Assembly (NCBI GenBank): GCA_040954595.2
Contig: CM082578.2
Location: 17,183,703-17,247,702, forward strand
DNA: 64,000 bases
Source of the DNA: Balanoglossus misakiensis
Taxonomy: Eukaryota > Animalia > Hemichordata
Direction: 5' to 3'
Within the stretch, counting starts at the first letter, position 1. Every line of letters starts with the position of its first letter. Of the stretch, positions 26,701 to 40,811 are shown in pieces. The translations under genes and the position numbers were made by a program. Below the pieces are notes generated by a model. The model searched no databases. It was not told the origin of the DNA and saw only the letters and a list, made by a program, of their open reading frames with translations.

Positions 26701-29700
26701 TCAAAGGTTTCCTGATCACTTTCCCCTCCCTTGTTCTCCATTCTAAATTTCTCTGTTGAGACAACGGGAAGGACTGAGTCAGTACAATGCACAACAAGCG
26801 CCTTGGCCAATATCTGATGGTTTTTGCCGGGTGTTTGGAGATGAACTGTTTGGTGTGAACTGCAAAGACTATGACTACACCCCTTCAGTGGTCTGTCTTT
26901 GGCGCGCATTTGCATGATACATCTTACACTTACGGTTTATTATAGAAATAATTAGTTACATTCATGCTTCCTGTTCTATGATGAAAATTACACATTTTGT
27001 TGCTGTCCAAAAAAGGAAAATGCATATAACCAATGTAATTACAGCAAAAAGAGTACAGCAACAACCAGACAAAAAGTATCTTTAAGCTTATCAAATCTAA
27101 TAGTTGTAATTTCTGGCATTTTTTCCATGTTTCTTTGTATTAAATTTAGACAATAAACTTTGTTGAATCACTATAATTGGTAACAGCGATTTTTCAGATA
27201 TCAAGACAGTATACAATGTGTCATTGTTTTGAAAAAAACATACATGTAAATGTCTGAGTCCATATCAATTTGTTTCAAATGGCTGGCTACAAGAGACCAT
27301 GTGATCTCACAAAACACTTTAACTGCATGTGAATAATTAACACAAAACTGTGTGGGAAAGTTGGTCAGAGGTAAAAGCAAAGGGGATCACTTTTTATGAC
27401 AGAATAAAATACAATTACTGTGATCTCAAGAAACACTACAACCTTCATTGACTTATTACATGTGCTGTCATGCAAACTTCTGCAATGTGGGTGAGCATTC
27501 AATTATGTCGACAATTTTGTCCATTAATTATGCACAGGAATCTCAAATATATAGCCATTTACACCAAAGAAGTACACATTATTGTCAATTACAATCTTGA
27601 AAACTGTGGGAGATACAGTCGAAATGGAGCAGGACCTTGTCAGTTGCACAAAGTTATTTGTAAAGAAATAACATCTAGTGGGTCGTATGACCTTCTTGTG
27701 GCAGCAGATCACAAGGACACACATGCATGGCTATTGTGTCTGTTTCCGGGGTCAAGAAATAGGACGACTTCTGCGGCCAGTGGAAGATTTCATAAATGTC
27801 TACGCAATGCAGAAACAAACTAACACACATGTGGTTTCACAGAAAGATATCAGTATACATGATACTGTAATGTAATACACAGACTGATCGAACAACCACT
27901 TGTTTAAACTTATTAGAGTATTATACAACTTTCATGTTGGAGGACACTATTTCCTGTTATGTGAGCTGTGATCTGTGATACGTACTTCTCTGGTTCTGAT
28001 GTTATAGACTTTTCCTGGCAAGGCAATTTTATTTTAAAGTAATTAAAATCTGGTGTTCAATTTTTTTCTGACAGAACAGTATGTGTCCCCAGTTTGACAT
28101 GGATCAATAACTGACCACAGTTATCAGTGTAACAAATATAACTGTCACCCTAAACAATTGTCAGACTGCAATGCGTCACACAACACACTCTTGAGATCAG
28201 AACAGCATTTGGCAATGACACAAAAAATGCACAAAGCACTCTGCTTACTTCGACTTCTTTTGGAATGGTTTCCTTTGATGTAGTCAAACAATCTGGCAGG
28301 GGCAGCCACCATTGCCACAGCATAATAATCCATGATATCCTTAAAGTCCAAGTGGACAACAGTGCAACTACACACCCGCCAATTGACTGACTGACATTAT
28401 GTCAGGAAGTGTACCACTTCCTGGTCAGCTATGAAGAGCACTTTACACAATTCCAGGTCAACATTTCAACAAAGACTGAAAATATCTATAAATAGAATGT
28501 TCCGTAGAGCTCTCAAAGTCAAATAGGAAAAAGACTGCAAGACTTAGCCCATATATATAGACACTGAGTACTGGCCACTGTTACAATCATCACTTAAGTT
28601 TATTGTACAACCACCTGGACAGTAATTTCTTTTCACCTAAATACCGATGTAACTAATGAACACATATAATATTATACAACCGTAGGACTTGCATCCATTT
28701 TTATTGTGGACAGATTTTTTTCTGAATAAACTACATTGTATGTACGATCAGCATTTGTTGTAAGCAGCAAAATATATAAGGATGATTTTTCTCTGTATTA
28801 ACCTTATGCACCCTGACCCCTGGTGACCTATGACATCACTCGGAAGTTTGCGTTTCCCCTGAGCCAGGTCCAAGGGGTTAACATTTATGTTCTTCATGGC
28901 TGTTTTCCTTTATTCGTAGCTAATTGCTCACTATTTTCAATGTCCTCACTCAATAGACAATATGGTGAATTCAAGTGGTGAACAAGAAACTTTAATTTAT
29001 ATTTTGTTCCATCATACAAATGGTGTATTACTTCCAGAAGTTTAATTATCGTATTTGGATTACTGCAGTGCTTATTTTATGGGTATATATCATGTGCATG
29101 TCATCATATCCATGAAAAATGGGAATGAAATGAACAATACTTCCCTTTCTAATGATCAAAATGATCTGAAACTAACATTGATTTTTCTGTACAACAGCTG
29201 TTGCTTTTGATGTATTTTTACTATTTTGTTCTCCCTATCAATATGTTTTTGCTCAACTCCTGACATCATTTTGATAATAATTAGTTGATAATTACCATTA
29301 ATTTGACCTGAAGTTGATGCCATATACTTGTAGTGATACTTTCAAGTTTCATGTAATCTCTCTGCAAAAACAGCAAGTCATCCAAGTTGCAGCAAATATC
29401 TCAAGTAGCTGCAACACTTGAACAATTGACATTTTTGTTTCCCCAATGACTGATATTGGCCACTTGCGACACCAGAAGGTGTTAGCACTGTAAATGAACT
29501 CTATACAGAATTAAGGACCATAACATGTTGACTGTTTTCACATTAAAAAACAACAACCCCAAATACAGTGCTTGTAATCCTTCAAAATGACCAGTTGTTT
29601 CCCTCGTCAGTTTGCCGTGTGACTGACAAGGCCCACACTGGAATAACTGCCATGTATGACTCACTTTTTCCCCCACTGTTAACCATTAAGTACTACGTAT

Positions 29701-31855
29701 GTACATGATTACAGATGTTCATAAATGATGCATGTCTCACCTAATCCGGGAACAACTGGCGCTTTCTTGACAAGTCGACTGGGTGACCCCACTATTGTTC
29801 TCTGGCGAACAGACCGACCCTTTCTGGTGAAATATGTGGCTTTCTCGGACAATGTCACTCTCAGCCTTGACTGCCTCCTAAACGGGTTTGGTTCAGCACC
29901 GTGCAGGCATTTACCGCTACTGTGATCGTTAATGTTACCTAGATATGGATGCAATGAATGGCGAGGAATTATGCAGTGAATTCATGCAGAAACATACAAT
30001 CCAAAATACATGCAAAAGCCCTGTGAACAATGTCACATTGTTATGAATGTTGAGTTGAGCTTGACTGAGCTGCGAGTGCGAGGAACTTCGTGTACATGCA
30101 TTATGTGAACTCTGACCTCTTCAGCTCATTGGCTATAAAAAAAATTCCACCCCTTCTCCCCAAAAAACAACAACACATACACATGAGACCCAACAGGAAA
30201 TTATATGAATATATCTGTCATATCAGCTAAAGAATCACATGCCATATGACTGATATATCACATACGGTATTGTACTAATTATACACTGCAGGTAAATAGG
30301 TAAGGTAGAATAAAAATGAGGCCATTTCCTGGTTTGTAAATTGTACATGTATTGTTACAGTACTTACTGTACCACTGTACTGTAGTCAACAGTTTTAATA
30401 AAGATTGTACACAAATACAGATTGTGAGTATAGCTCATAGTGGAAAAATATATGAACGTATAAAGAATTATCAGTACGAAACGCTTACATATAGCTATAC
30501 CAATACAAACTAGAAGTTTCTGCTACTATTTTTATGCTCGACTACTGTGTAACCAACATGTATTATTACAGCACCAGGATTATAGAAATGTATGTGCAGC
30601 AATACGCCCTCTATCCAATATGCTAGAAGAATGGCTGACTAAGGTTCACCTTTGATGAAGAAATTTATTTTTGTTTTCATGAAATGTTATGCACCAACAA
30701 ACATCAAGTGCTGCTATGGCAGGTTTGAAGTTTAGCACATGACCTAGCTGATCCAAAAAAACATTAAAACATATACGCACAAATCTAGTGTTGCTTGGAA
30801 AAGAATGTGCCTGGTGACTAAGGCATGTGTCTATACAGTTCAGAGTTTCGAATCTACTAGACTAAGTATATTCTTGGAATTTGCCAACATAATAAAAACT
30901 GAAACAGACGGAATACAAACAAACACTTGAACTAATGCCAATCAATGCATAGCATTCCTTTGTCTAGACTTTAAGTGGTTAACTTTATACATATCAATAT
31001 TTGTAAGTTCTGAAAAGTATAGCATGTTCAATCATGTATACCCCTGTCGTATTAAGAGTTTTTGATTGTTGGCACTATAAATTTCACACCACTGGAGATC
31101 TCGTAATATACAATGTAGCTCAGTGACAAATTTTATATTGCTTGGCTGCAATAATTGCAATGTGTGAATTTCGTAACTCTGACCTAAAAATGTTATTACT
31201 GCAATAATTAACTTATTAAGGAGTATCTATGCGGCATTCTGTAAGTGCTACACAGTAGGATGGGACTGGCACTCTCACAAGTGACAACTATTTAATGGAT
31301 AATATTGCATCAATGACTGTGATGACAACGTTGACAATGCTCTCATGGAATGGAAAATGTTCATATCATATATCATATCATATCATATCATATCATATCA
31401 TATCATATCATATCATATCATATCATATCATATCATATCATATCATATCATATCATATCATATCATATCATATCATATCATATCTACCACTTGTGACACA
31501 ATCATGATATCACAACTCAACCTCACATTGAGGCTAAATTGCTTCCGTGTTACGTACACTACTAGTAATGGAGATGGGAAAAATATCTATATCGATGTCA
31601 ATGTGGCTCATGAACTCATTTGCATTCGAAAAGAGCAGTGACATACAACATTAACGGTACAACGGTGAATCTTTTGGACTTTAATCTTAACCTCTCCTAC
31701 AATCAAACATGGAGGTAGGACACTCCTGCGTACCGATCTGTACACTTACACACTTTTTGTAGTGTTCTTGGCAGTTTTACTAGTTTTCAGCTGATCGACT
31801 TACCGTCATCCTCTTGTTCTTTGAAGGTTTTGAACGCCTTTTTCTCTCCTGACAT
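17709..31855 (-). CDS. FGD4: FGD-family (FYVE, RhoGEF and PH domain-containing) Cdc42 GEF, FGD1-4-like, ~1044 aa
   Basis: Exons 31855-31804, 29938-29741, 26752-26567, 26342-26024, 23939-23291, 23037-22921, 22740-22592, 22176-22020, 21872-21785, 21650-21600, 21132-21074, 20855-20709, 20502-20404, 20192-20082, 19874-19815, 19687-19556, 19387-19238, 18768-18556, 18340-18189, 17754-17709 (3135 nt, phase-consistent). DH domain ([43 protein letters not shown]), PH (LLKEGKI..RYLFLFND), FYVE ([17 protein letters not shown]), second PH. The symbol indicates the family, and exact orthology is untested. The N-terminal exons are less certain. Confidence 0.92.
25183..25209 (-). other. Candidate 27-nt in-frame microexon of the FGD gene (WLFARIFFR)
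   Basis: Strong pyrimidine tract ...catttctttctttccAG, donor AG|GTTAGA, phase 2-2 inside a phase-2 intron, no stop codon. Confidence 0.55.
31361..31484. repeat. (ATATC)n pentanucleotide microsatellite in FGD intron 1
   Basis: More than 20 near-perfect tandem ATATC units. It explains the ISYHI ORFs at 31295 and 31345. Confidence 0.97.
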
Positions 31856-32306
31856 AGCCTTTGATTAGTTATCGATAGTCACTGACGTTGTTTAGGTTAT
31901 TAGGATTTGTAAATTCATGGTTTCATGACCCATACACAATATGTTCAGTATAATCTCTGTACAGTACCATACCAAACCCACCCTCACGCCTCGTAAACAC
32001 TGAACGAACCCTTTGACCTCGTATAAGGGTCGTTGGATGAAACCATTATTCAATATTGATAGGTACGACATTACGTCACAAATGGGGTGAGTACAGTGTA
32101 GACTTTGACCGAGATAGCAGAATTTACTCGGGGAGGAGTAAATCACATCGAAATTTATACATACTTAGAGCAGAATAATTGATTGTAGTTGGCTGATTCT
32201 TTTATTTGCTCCGATTTAATAGTGTTTTGAGAATCCCAATACCCAGAGACCAATGGATACGTCTCACAAAAGTTCGTCCGAGGCCGCGACAGAAGACGCA
32301 AACAAA
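31856..32306. promoter_or_regulatory. Putative bidirectional promoter FGD / quinone oxidoreductase
   Basis: Divergent start codons at 31855 (-) and 32307 (+), 451 bp apart. CRE-like TTACGTCA near 32071. YY1-like AAAATGGC spans the + start. Confidence 0.55.
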
Positions 32307-35300
32307 ATGGCAGCTGCAGCATTCAGGTGCGTGAAATGTATCATTGTCGGTATTGTTTTTCGTAATCTGATCTCGTCTTGTAGACCCATCCTTAATTCTT
32401 TCCAACATGTAACCAAATGTCTGCAGATGCGATTAGTGCAGACAACTTCTGCGCTTTCTGTTCACTTTGAAGATCCTTGACTAAGTATAAGAACTGAGGG
32501 CAACGTGGCTCACGTACACGCTGTTGTGAAGTTCATGCATGACGCGTGACGCTCAGATCAAGAGACGATTCGGACAAGGACTGATCTTATCATACGGTAT
32601 TACTAGTATAAGTATAGTCGGGGTGGTTACTGCCTCTCCATCGCAGACTTATGTGCACATATGACCAAAGGAACAGGTTCCGATCGTGCCCATCTTATCT
32701 TTAAGATTTTAATCTGTATCAAACTTAATTAATATTACACGTTTAGTAAACAATCGCCACGTGTCGATCGCTCATGTAACTTACATGTAATTGTTACTTC
32801 AAGACCACCCAAGCCGATTACTGGTATTGACAATTCAAAATACGATTTTAGCATAACTAATACCTGCTGGTTGCAAACATCCAAAGTTGAACTTGGAAAT
32901 TCACAGCAAATACTTTTGATATACATCATAGAGTCCTCCCCATCTGCAGTAAAAAATAATTTGAAATGTATGTTAATAGCTGTAGACATTGAACTTGACC
33001 ATGAACTAGCTGAGGTCACATCAGTATAGTTAGACAACAATACATGCGTGTGGTTTTGTGTATGTAATGTACAGGGTATGAATCATGTAATATGTAGCAT
33101 AAATGCCCTGGAATACTTTAATTTCACTGGAATTTATTTTGGCCAAAAACTGTTAGTTACACTGTGCTTTATTCCATTTTCAGATGCCCCCCAGAATTGT
33201 TGCTGCGTCCTCTCATCAGGTGAGACCATGTTCATTTATAAAGCAGGCATTGTAGTGATGTCATGACCTTAAACTTTTCACCCCGCCTCTCTGCATACAG
33301 ATCACCTCTACAACGCAGTACCATCGGTAGACCAACTTACAGTTGTTAATACTAAGGGTTATTAAAAGACCCATCTACTTTTTCCATTTTCCATTTTACC
33401 AGCACTTTTCTGCATTTCTTCAGAGAGCTGTACTATGTTTTTAGATTTTTAGACCATGACCTACATATTCTAAAGGTTACAAGTGACGCTTCTTGCATAA
33501 ACAAACATTGTTTATTGCTGTCTACTCACTGCCTTATGGCATTGACTGTATTAAAATTTTGTAACCAGAGTCTCTGGCTTTGCACATGGGCATAAGACGA
33601 TTGTCGCCCTTTAACCCCCACTTCCATGTGTAGAGGTCTAACTTGTACTATACCCTTAGCCCAATACCTGTATCAATTCTTCCTCTGTAGGAGGGGTACT
33701 GGCCTTGTCCTCACTCCAAGGCCAGTTGTCAGCTTTAACACAAAGTCAGCAGACAACACCTTCCGAGGTGCAGTGTGCGAAGACTTTGACAAGCCGCTGG
33801 TGATCAGAGACATCCCAAGAGAGAACCAGCTTGATCCTGGGATGGTCAGAATTGCTGTCCAGTGCTGTGCCGTCAATTTTGCTGATCTTCTGTTGTCTAA
33901 GGGAAAATATCAAGTGAAAGTACCAGTTCCGTTTTGTCCTGGTAATGTCTACCCTTCTCGTACCTTCAAATTTTTTGTGGTCATTTAATGCATTTCCTCA
34001 GCGAAACCAACTAGTATGACGGATTGACCTTTGATAGATTTTTTAAAGTTTTGCCATTTTTTTCTTTCATTTCAAACTGTTTCAGGCACAGAAATTTCTG
34101 GTGAAATCACTGAAGTCGGAGAATACGTGAGACTTTTCGAAAAGGTAAATAACATCTTTCACAACTGTTGTTTGTAATTTTATGACTTTGAAATATATGC
34201 TGTGAGTGTCAGATTGTAAAAATGTTATGATTGTCGGTTATAGTTTGTAGTCAGATCATGTCCAAGCATGATTATGAATCAATTTAAGTTAGTAATTATT
34301 GTGCTGTTGCTATGCAGCTGTAGTGGTACATGGAGTCTTCCTCTTTTGCTGGATTCTGTTGGAGACAGAGAGAGTCCAGCGAAAAAGAGAGGGGGAGAGA
34401 GATACGAGAGAGAATAAGAGAAAGAGCGCTATTCTATTTTGATGAAGGAATTACATGAGAGGCTATTATATAGATGTGATGAGAGACGGCCGCCAGCAAT
34501 AGGATAATGATATCAACTGGAAAATGGTGTTATTTCTGCTTCCATTCAGGGTGACCGGGTGTTTGGAATTTGCCAGACGCATGGATTTTCTGGTGAAGCC
34601 ATAGCAGCACCTCAGGTGAGAAACTTTATAGTGTTGCTTCCCCAGATGTTTGTTTAAGAAACATTTCAAATGATCTAATATTATTATTTGACCTATTTTT
34701 TTAATCTTTTGGTTAAAAGACATTGTGGAAATTCCCTCCCGATGTTAGTTTCCAGCAAGCTGCATCTATTCCAGTATCATATGGAACAGCAATGGTGGCT
34801 CTGACAGAGAGGGCCAGGATACAGGCTGGGTAGGTATTATTGAGTTGAGCGGAAGAATGAAAACTCTCATACTTAGTCTTGTCCATTTTTGTGATATGGA
34901 AGATTGAATAAGATCACTAGGAGAGAAACTATTGGGGATGTTATGATGATCAAAATGATGTTGACAATTTTGTTTTTTCTCTTCAGAGAAACAATTTTGG
35001 TGACAGCTGCAGCTGGGGGTGTTGGATTAGCAGCTGTGGATCTGGCAAAGCATGTCTTCAATGCCACTGTAAGTTTTCACATTTCAGCCCATATTCTTCA
35101 CTGATTGATGGTACCAATAACAATTTACATTTTACTGGAAATGAGTGTCTGTACAAATCCAATCATTTGATTTTAAGAAATTACAACTTAGTTCAGCAAT
35201 ACAACCTTTGCATATCCCTCATATAAGAAGTGCAGTATTTGAATATGTCCCCCCTAAAATGCTCTGTGTAGCTTTTCAGCAACTTCATATAAAAGACATG

Positions 35301-36293
35301 AAACCTATGAAGCCCAACAATGGTTATGTGATGATTTTTTTTCTTCAACAAACCATGTGATTTATGGCTGCCTGACCATTGGTTCCTCGAAATCACATGA
35401 CAGGTTATTGGTGCTGCTGGAGGGCCGGAGAAATGTGCTTTAGTGAAGAGGAGAGGGGCAGATCATGTGATTGACTACACGACCGAGAATATACGGGAAA
35501 GAGTTCGACAACTAACAGATGGAAAGGGTGTCAACATTGTGTGTGATTCGGTTGGTGGTGATGTCTTCACTGACTGTCTAAAAAGGTGAGTTGTACACTA
35601 AGGGTGTTGAACAAAACAACAACTGCCAGTCAATGTGTAAGACACCAACCAAAAACATAGAATTCCTCCAAGATGTTTTAAAATATACTAAGGTCAAAGG
35701 TACGATGAAAGTTTTTCTGAGTCAGACTTTGGCAAAGTAAACTGTAGAATTAACTTTTGTGTTGTTTGTTCATTGCCTGCAATAGTCTGAAATGGGATGG
35801 TAGAATTGTGGTGGTCGGCTTTGCATCAGGCAAGATCCCCAAGATCTCTGCCAATATCCTCCTATTGAAGAATGCTGCAGCGATGGGCGTGTGGTGGGGA
35901 GAACATGTCAGGAACAACCCTGGTGCATTCAGAAAATCAATCGATCATGTCATTGATCACCTGTCCACAGGGCAGTTAACTCCTCACGTATCAAAAGTAT
36001 TCCCGCTATCCAAGGTACGCACAGTGTCATACAATATTATTTTGTATAGCTACGCTCTACTGTGAATACTTCTCACCATGGATGAGTACATTTTCACTGC
36101 CAATTTTAGCTGTTTGTTCATGAGACAGTCTTTGGTATGCTTTGAAAAACAGATATTTTCAGAATTTTACTTAATTAAGTTACAATGTGTTTATCTGTCA
36201 TTTTCTTTACAGATCAACGACGCCTTCAATTATGTGCAGAGTCGGAAGTCTACAGGAAAAGTGTTGGTTAATGTCCTGGAAACTGAGGTGTAA
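32307..36293 (+). CDS. CRYZL2: Quinone oxidoreductase-like protein 2 (zeta-crystallin/MDR family NADPH:quinone reductase), ~371 aa, probable mitochondrial presequence
   Basis: Exons 32307-32326, 33184-33219, 33691-33941, 34086-34144, 34550-34615, 34720-34829, 34987-35068, 35404-35585, 35786-36014, 36213-36293 (1116 nt). Motifs VNFADLL..GKYQ, PFCPGTEISG, ETILVTAAAGGVGLAAV, GADHVIDY, GRIVVVGFASGKIP, RKSTGKVLV. Arg-rich, acid-poor N-terminus. Confidence 0.92.
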
Positions 36294-37268
36294 CTGCTGA
36301 ACCAAACGTTGTTTTTGTCTCAATCATTCAACTCAGAATCTCGCGTGAAAAAACGACGTCATGTCGTGCCTTGTTCTCTCATACCAACTCATGTTTGATG
36401 GCTAAGAGGGACAAAGCCACGCACATTCATAAAACTTGGCCTTTTTCTCTCTCACAGATTATTTGTGTTGTTCTAGTCATTGAAATATTCTCAGTGGGTG
36501 ATTGTCACAGGTAAACTCATGTTCTGCGCATGGACGTACCGAAAACTGAAATGTGCCTATATATACAGGATATGAGTTGAGTTGTAAAAAAAATGATGAT
36601 CGAGCAGACTTCAGTGAGCAGAGAACAATAATGAAATAAGAAACTGAAATTACCAAAGTAATGTCAGAAGTGGGTGACTTTGTCCCTTTAACGAAATGTG
36701 TATTGTGAAACAGATTTCGTAGGAAAAATGTCAAACTATATTGCATGAACAAAAATTATCAAATGTTGGATGAAAACATTTTACAGACTCACGGGTATCA
36801 CATTTTAGATGGGTATGTGATTTGCAGTTGTATGGTGATTTCTTAAAATAATTTTGAGATATTGCCATGATGTCGTCAACTTGTACAGATTAAATATAGG
36901 AACTTGAAGGTTTAGAATGCTCATTGAGTTTTAAAATGTACAATTCTATGTCTTACAGTACTTGTAGATTTTTTAACTACTTTAATGTATTTCTTTAATA
37001 CATGTATGGTAAAAATTATATGGGTTGTGCCAGTTTGATATTTGCCATTACTCTCAAATTGCTGCAATCATTTTTTTTCTTTTGAGAAATTTTTTATTTG
37101 AAGGTGTATAGACTGATTTGCAGTACATACGCGCATTAGATAATCAGGAATACAATCATGTGATGTATGCAAATTTCTCCCATGATGAAACGCCAACTTT
37201 GTGATGAAGGTCCAGCAGGTGATGATTTTACTTAATTCATGTGAGCTTTTCAGTCTTTCTCCTGTGCT

Positions 37269-37361
37269 TTCACCCTTTCACCCCCAGTTCCCTCTTGAGA
37301 GGTCCAACCTTACCTTAGAAAACAATGGGTTTGGACTGAACCATGGTGGTGAAAGGGTTAA
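37269..37361. mobile_element. ~90-bp MITE with TIRs (ACCCTTTCACC ... GGTGAAAGGGT-TAA)
   Basis: Terminal inverted repeat ending in TTAA, as in piggyBac-type elements. A partial reverse-orientation copy is at 54238-54303, and similarly ended short elements are at ~28798-28882 and ~33268-33360. Confidence 0.65.
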
Positions 37362-38358
37362 GTTGCCAACTATTTGAGACGTTGAAACAGCAAATTGGTT
37401 TGAAACAGTTTACATATTCTGGAGTGAGCATAAATCAGGTATACTGTGTAGTGATCCTGTGATGTTTCTATCTCTGATTGCGTATATGCTAGCAGAGATT
37501 ATAGGCTATGACACTGTCACTCGGAGTAACAGGAGTTGGGGATAAAGCAATAACTGGTACATTGCAGCATCCTGGTTCAGTTGAAAAAGCCGTCTGTACA
37601 TCATGTATAAATCCAGGCCATTCGGTCCTTTTATTAACGAATGAATAATGTAACAATCAGATTTTTGGATAAAATTCTGTCGCAAAATATTTCATCCAAC
37701 ATTCTCTGTCTTCCATTAGGGTAAAAGAATGGGAGCTCTGTGATAGCCTTGAAATATGCAAGGTGATGGAAATAAATGATTGTTAGTCTATCTTTGTGTC
37801 AGTTCTTGTGATTCTTTTGTTAACAACTGCTATATAGTATAGGAGTTGAATTGGGAAAGGATTCTTGCACAAATACATGGGGAAGCTTGGACTGAGAAAG
37901 AAATATGCCAGAAGTTATCTTACAAGTCATGTTGAATATCTTTTATTTTAAAAATTAAAGATACACACAAAATAAAAGACAATAATATAAAGTGGCCTAT
38001 CCATGTGTACAATAAACAAAAACAAACCAACATGGTTTGAGCACTGAAACCAAGCCAGCACATCTACTCAATCCTTCCTGGCTAAACAAGACTAGCCTAA
38101 AAAATAAGCTTGGTATTGTAAGGAAAAGGGCAAAACTCAAGAATTATGCAGTGCTTTATGGCCATCCCTCTATTTGTTGGATATACAGGAAATCAGTGTG
38201 CTAGTGTAGACCCCAATTATCCCTCCCCAAAAAACAACAACAACAACGCAGAGTTCTGTAAATCCTGTGACGTAGCATAATGTGAAGTCCTGATGTATCT
38301 TGGAAGAGACATTTTTAATACATAATGTAAAACAGTTCTTTCCAGTCAAAGGAGGATG

Positions 38359-40018
38359 TTATTGATACTGTGCGTCTCCATACGGTGATTGATGTACATC
38401 TGGTCTGGGTCCAAGCTGCGATGGATCTTGCATTTGTTGCGCGATCTGTTCATTTGCTGTGAAGCAAGAATAACATGAAGAATTCATTAACATTATTGAC
38501 AACACAAAGTCAAACCGGTAGTGAAGATGTACATCACTCAACATTAGACTCAGTGTCAAAACCTTGAACATGTGTGATGGTTCATGATGGTGCTTGCAAT
38601 ACTCATGACATATAATGAACACATTCTGTTCCTTAAGTCCATTTTTAATTGTTAAAACATCCTACATGTACTTTACCTTGCATGTACTGTCCTGCACTCC
38701 ACCTTGAGAATAAAATGCCAACACCTTCAATCATAGCCAGAAGAATTCCCCCTGAAATGAAACATAAGTAGAACCACACACTTCATATTTCTGATTGTTC
38801 CTAGTTTCTGATTACTTTGTCCTTTACTGTTGATAGTCCTCAATCTACCCAGATTTTCATGATTTTGTTCCTCCTTAAATCTGAAGACCCTGTGTGATGT
38901 TGATAAATAAAGACAATCAATTTTAACTGCAGAGGGACTTGCTCCACATATTACTAGCACATCTTTAAACATGTAATACATGTACATGTACAGACACAAA
39001 TTGCATACTCACCAACTGCAGCTGATCCCACCATTGCTAATGCACCATCTGTTGGACAGAAAAAATGATGATTTAACACAGTGACATACCAACTGTTCAG
39101 AAAAACATGGTTTGACTTTGACAAGTTATAAATACACTTACTTCTAGCAGCTAACACAGCCCCAGTTGCAGCTCCACTGGTTATTGAATTCCATGGATCT
39201 TCCTTTTGCCTTATTTTGACAAGACAGCAGTCAAACGTTGAAAACAGCCCACCCCAGACTGCAAAATTCCCTCCAACAATTGGTGCTTTATGTTTGATTG
39301 TTAAAAAACTTCCAATCATCCGATGCTTGAAACCCTAGCAGAGAACGATGCAATGTTTTTGTCAATACATTGAAGCTGCAATGATTGTAGCAGGTGCTGC
39401 TAGGTTGACGATGTTGTTCAAAGCACTGCAAACAACATCATCAACCTACCAGTTGAAAATGTTAATAGATGTACATGTATTGTCCTTAGTTTTAGTAATT
39501 TATGAGAAAGGTACTTTTCTTATTCCAATGTCCACCATCAAAGTCATAATCATGCATTATCTAGTAGATGAGTAAACTTACAGCAGGTGCATTCCTTGCT
39601 CCCAGAAATGAATGTACAACAGCGCCACCAATAGCCCCCATGGAAAACGCACCCCCACAGTCGTCAACTATTCTCCACGGACTGAAAAGAAAGTACGTAC
39701 ATGTACAAGCACGATGTTAAATTCCGACGATCGTAAATAGCCAATAACATGTTCAAGCCGACAACGTAAATTGCCTTACGCAACCTCCGATTACCTGACC
39801 TCAGCAGCAAGCACGTTGTGCGTGATACTGAAGCTAGGTCACACACGTTTCGGCGATAGTTAAAATGTGTTCCAAGACCTAAACATGGATACTTGTGTAC
39901 TCACTTCTTCAAAATTACTTACACTAGTGTTTTGTGCATTTGTATTGAAATCACTGTCATCAAAGTGTGAAAAATCAACGATATATACTTACCACGGCTC
40001 ACGCACGTATTCCTCCAT
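38359..40018 (-). CDS. TIMM17: Mitochondrial import inner membrane translocase subunit Tim17 (~175 aa)
   Basis: Exons 40018-39993, 39681-39582, 39334-39142, 39048-39013, 38751-38677, 38456-38359 (528 nt). [68 protein letters not shown] is canonical Tim17. Confidence 0.97.
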
Positions 40019-40197
40019 GTTGGTTTTACCTTTAAAATATTCTTTTGCGCAGGGTCATCACGCTTACTGACCTTTGACACAACATAAGGTTGTTTCGCGC
40101 CAAGTTGAAACACGAAACTAAGAGATGATCTCAATTTGAATTAGAAATAGAGAAAAACACAAGTGTTTACTGCCGTAAAACTAAGGACATTGTAATT
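40019..40197. promoter_or_regulatory. Compact bidirectional promoter TIMM17 / RAD18
   Basis: Only 179 bp between divergent ATGs. Contains E2F-like TTTCGCGC (~40093) and CHR-like TTTGAA (~40135). Confidence 0.65.
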
Positions 40198-40770
40198 ATG
40201 TCGACAGACGCAAACTCTGCGGATTGGCCGAGTGATTTAGCCGAACTGCAGGTAAGTTTAACAGTGATATCCCAACTCGACTGTTGTCAATGCTAGTGCT
40301 AGCATCAATAAACACAGTCACTCCACACACTCACACTAGCCGCGCCCGCACGTCTCGTGGTGGTCGCTTGATGACGTTGTCATGGTTGTCGCAGCCAGTG
40401 GAACTGAACATAGAGATCAATCGTTACACCTGTTCGGATATGAACTCAGTCGTACATCTCACACAAGACAACTGACAAGGTGATTTAGGGGAGGAGCAGG
40501 AAACCCAACTTTACGTGTATATTTCCCATCAGTGATTTTTGTGTGTGTTTATTCAACAGGAAATTGACAACTTGTTGCAGTGTAACATTTGTTTTGCTTA
40601 CTTTGAGACTGCCATGATACTGCCAACATGTTCACACAACTGTGAGTACCATATTTTTTTTTCCAAGCCACAATATCAATTGTTTTAGAAGCTGTCCTTT
40701 ATATAAATTTCCATCTTTGAGTCAATGTACGTGTTCAGTTTCAGTTGTAACATCACTCCCATACAGAATG

Positions 40771-40811
<41 letters not shown>

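Noticed and set aside
31295-31641. ORFs with ISYHI repeats
   Set aside because: Artefact of the (ATATC)n microsatellite.
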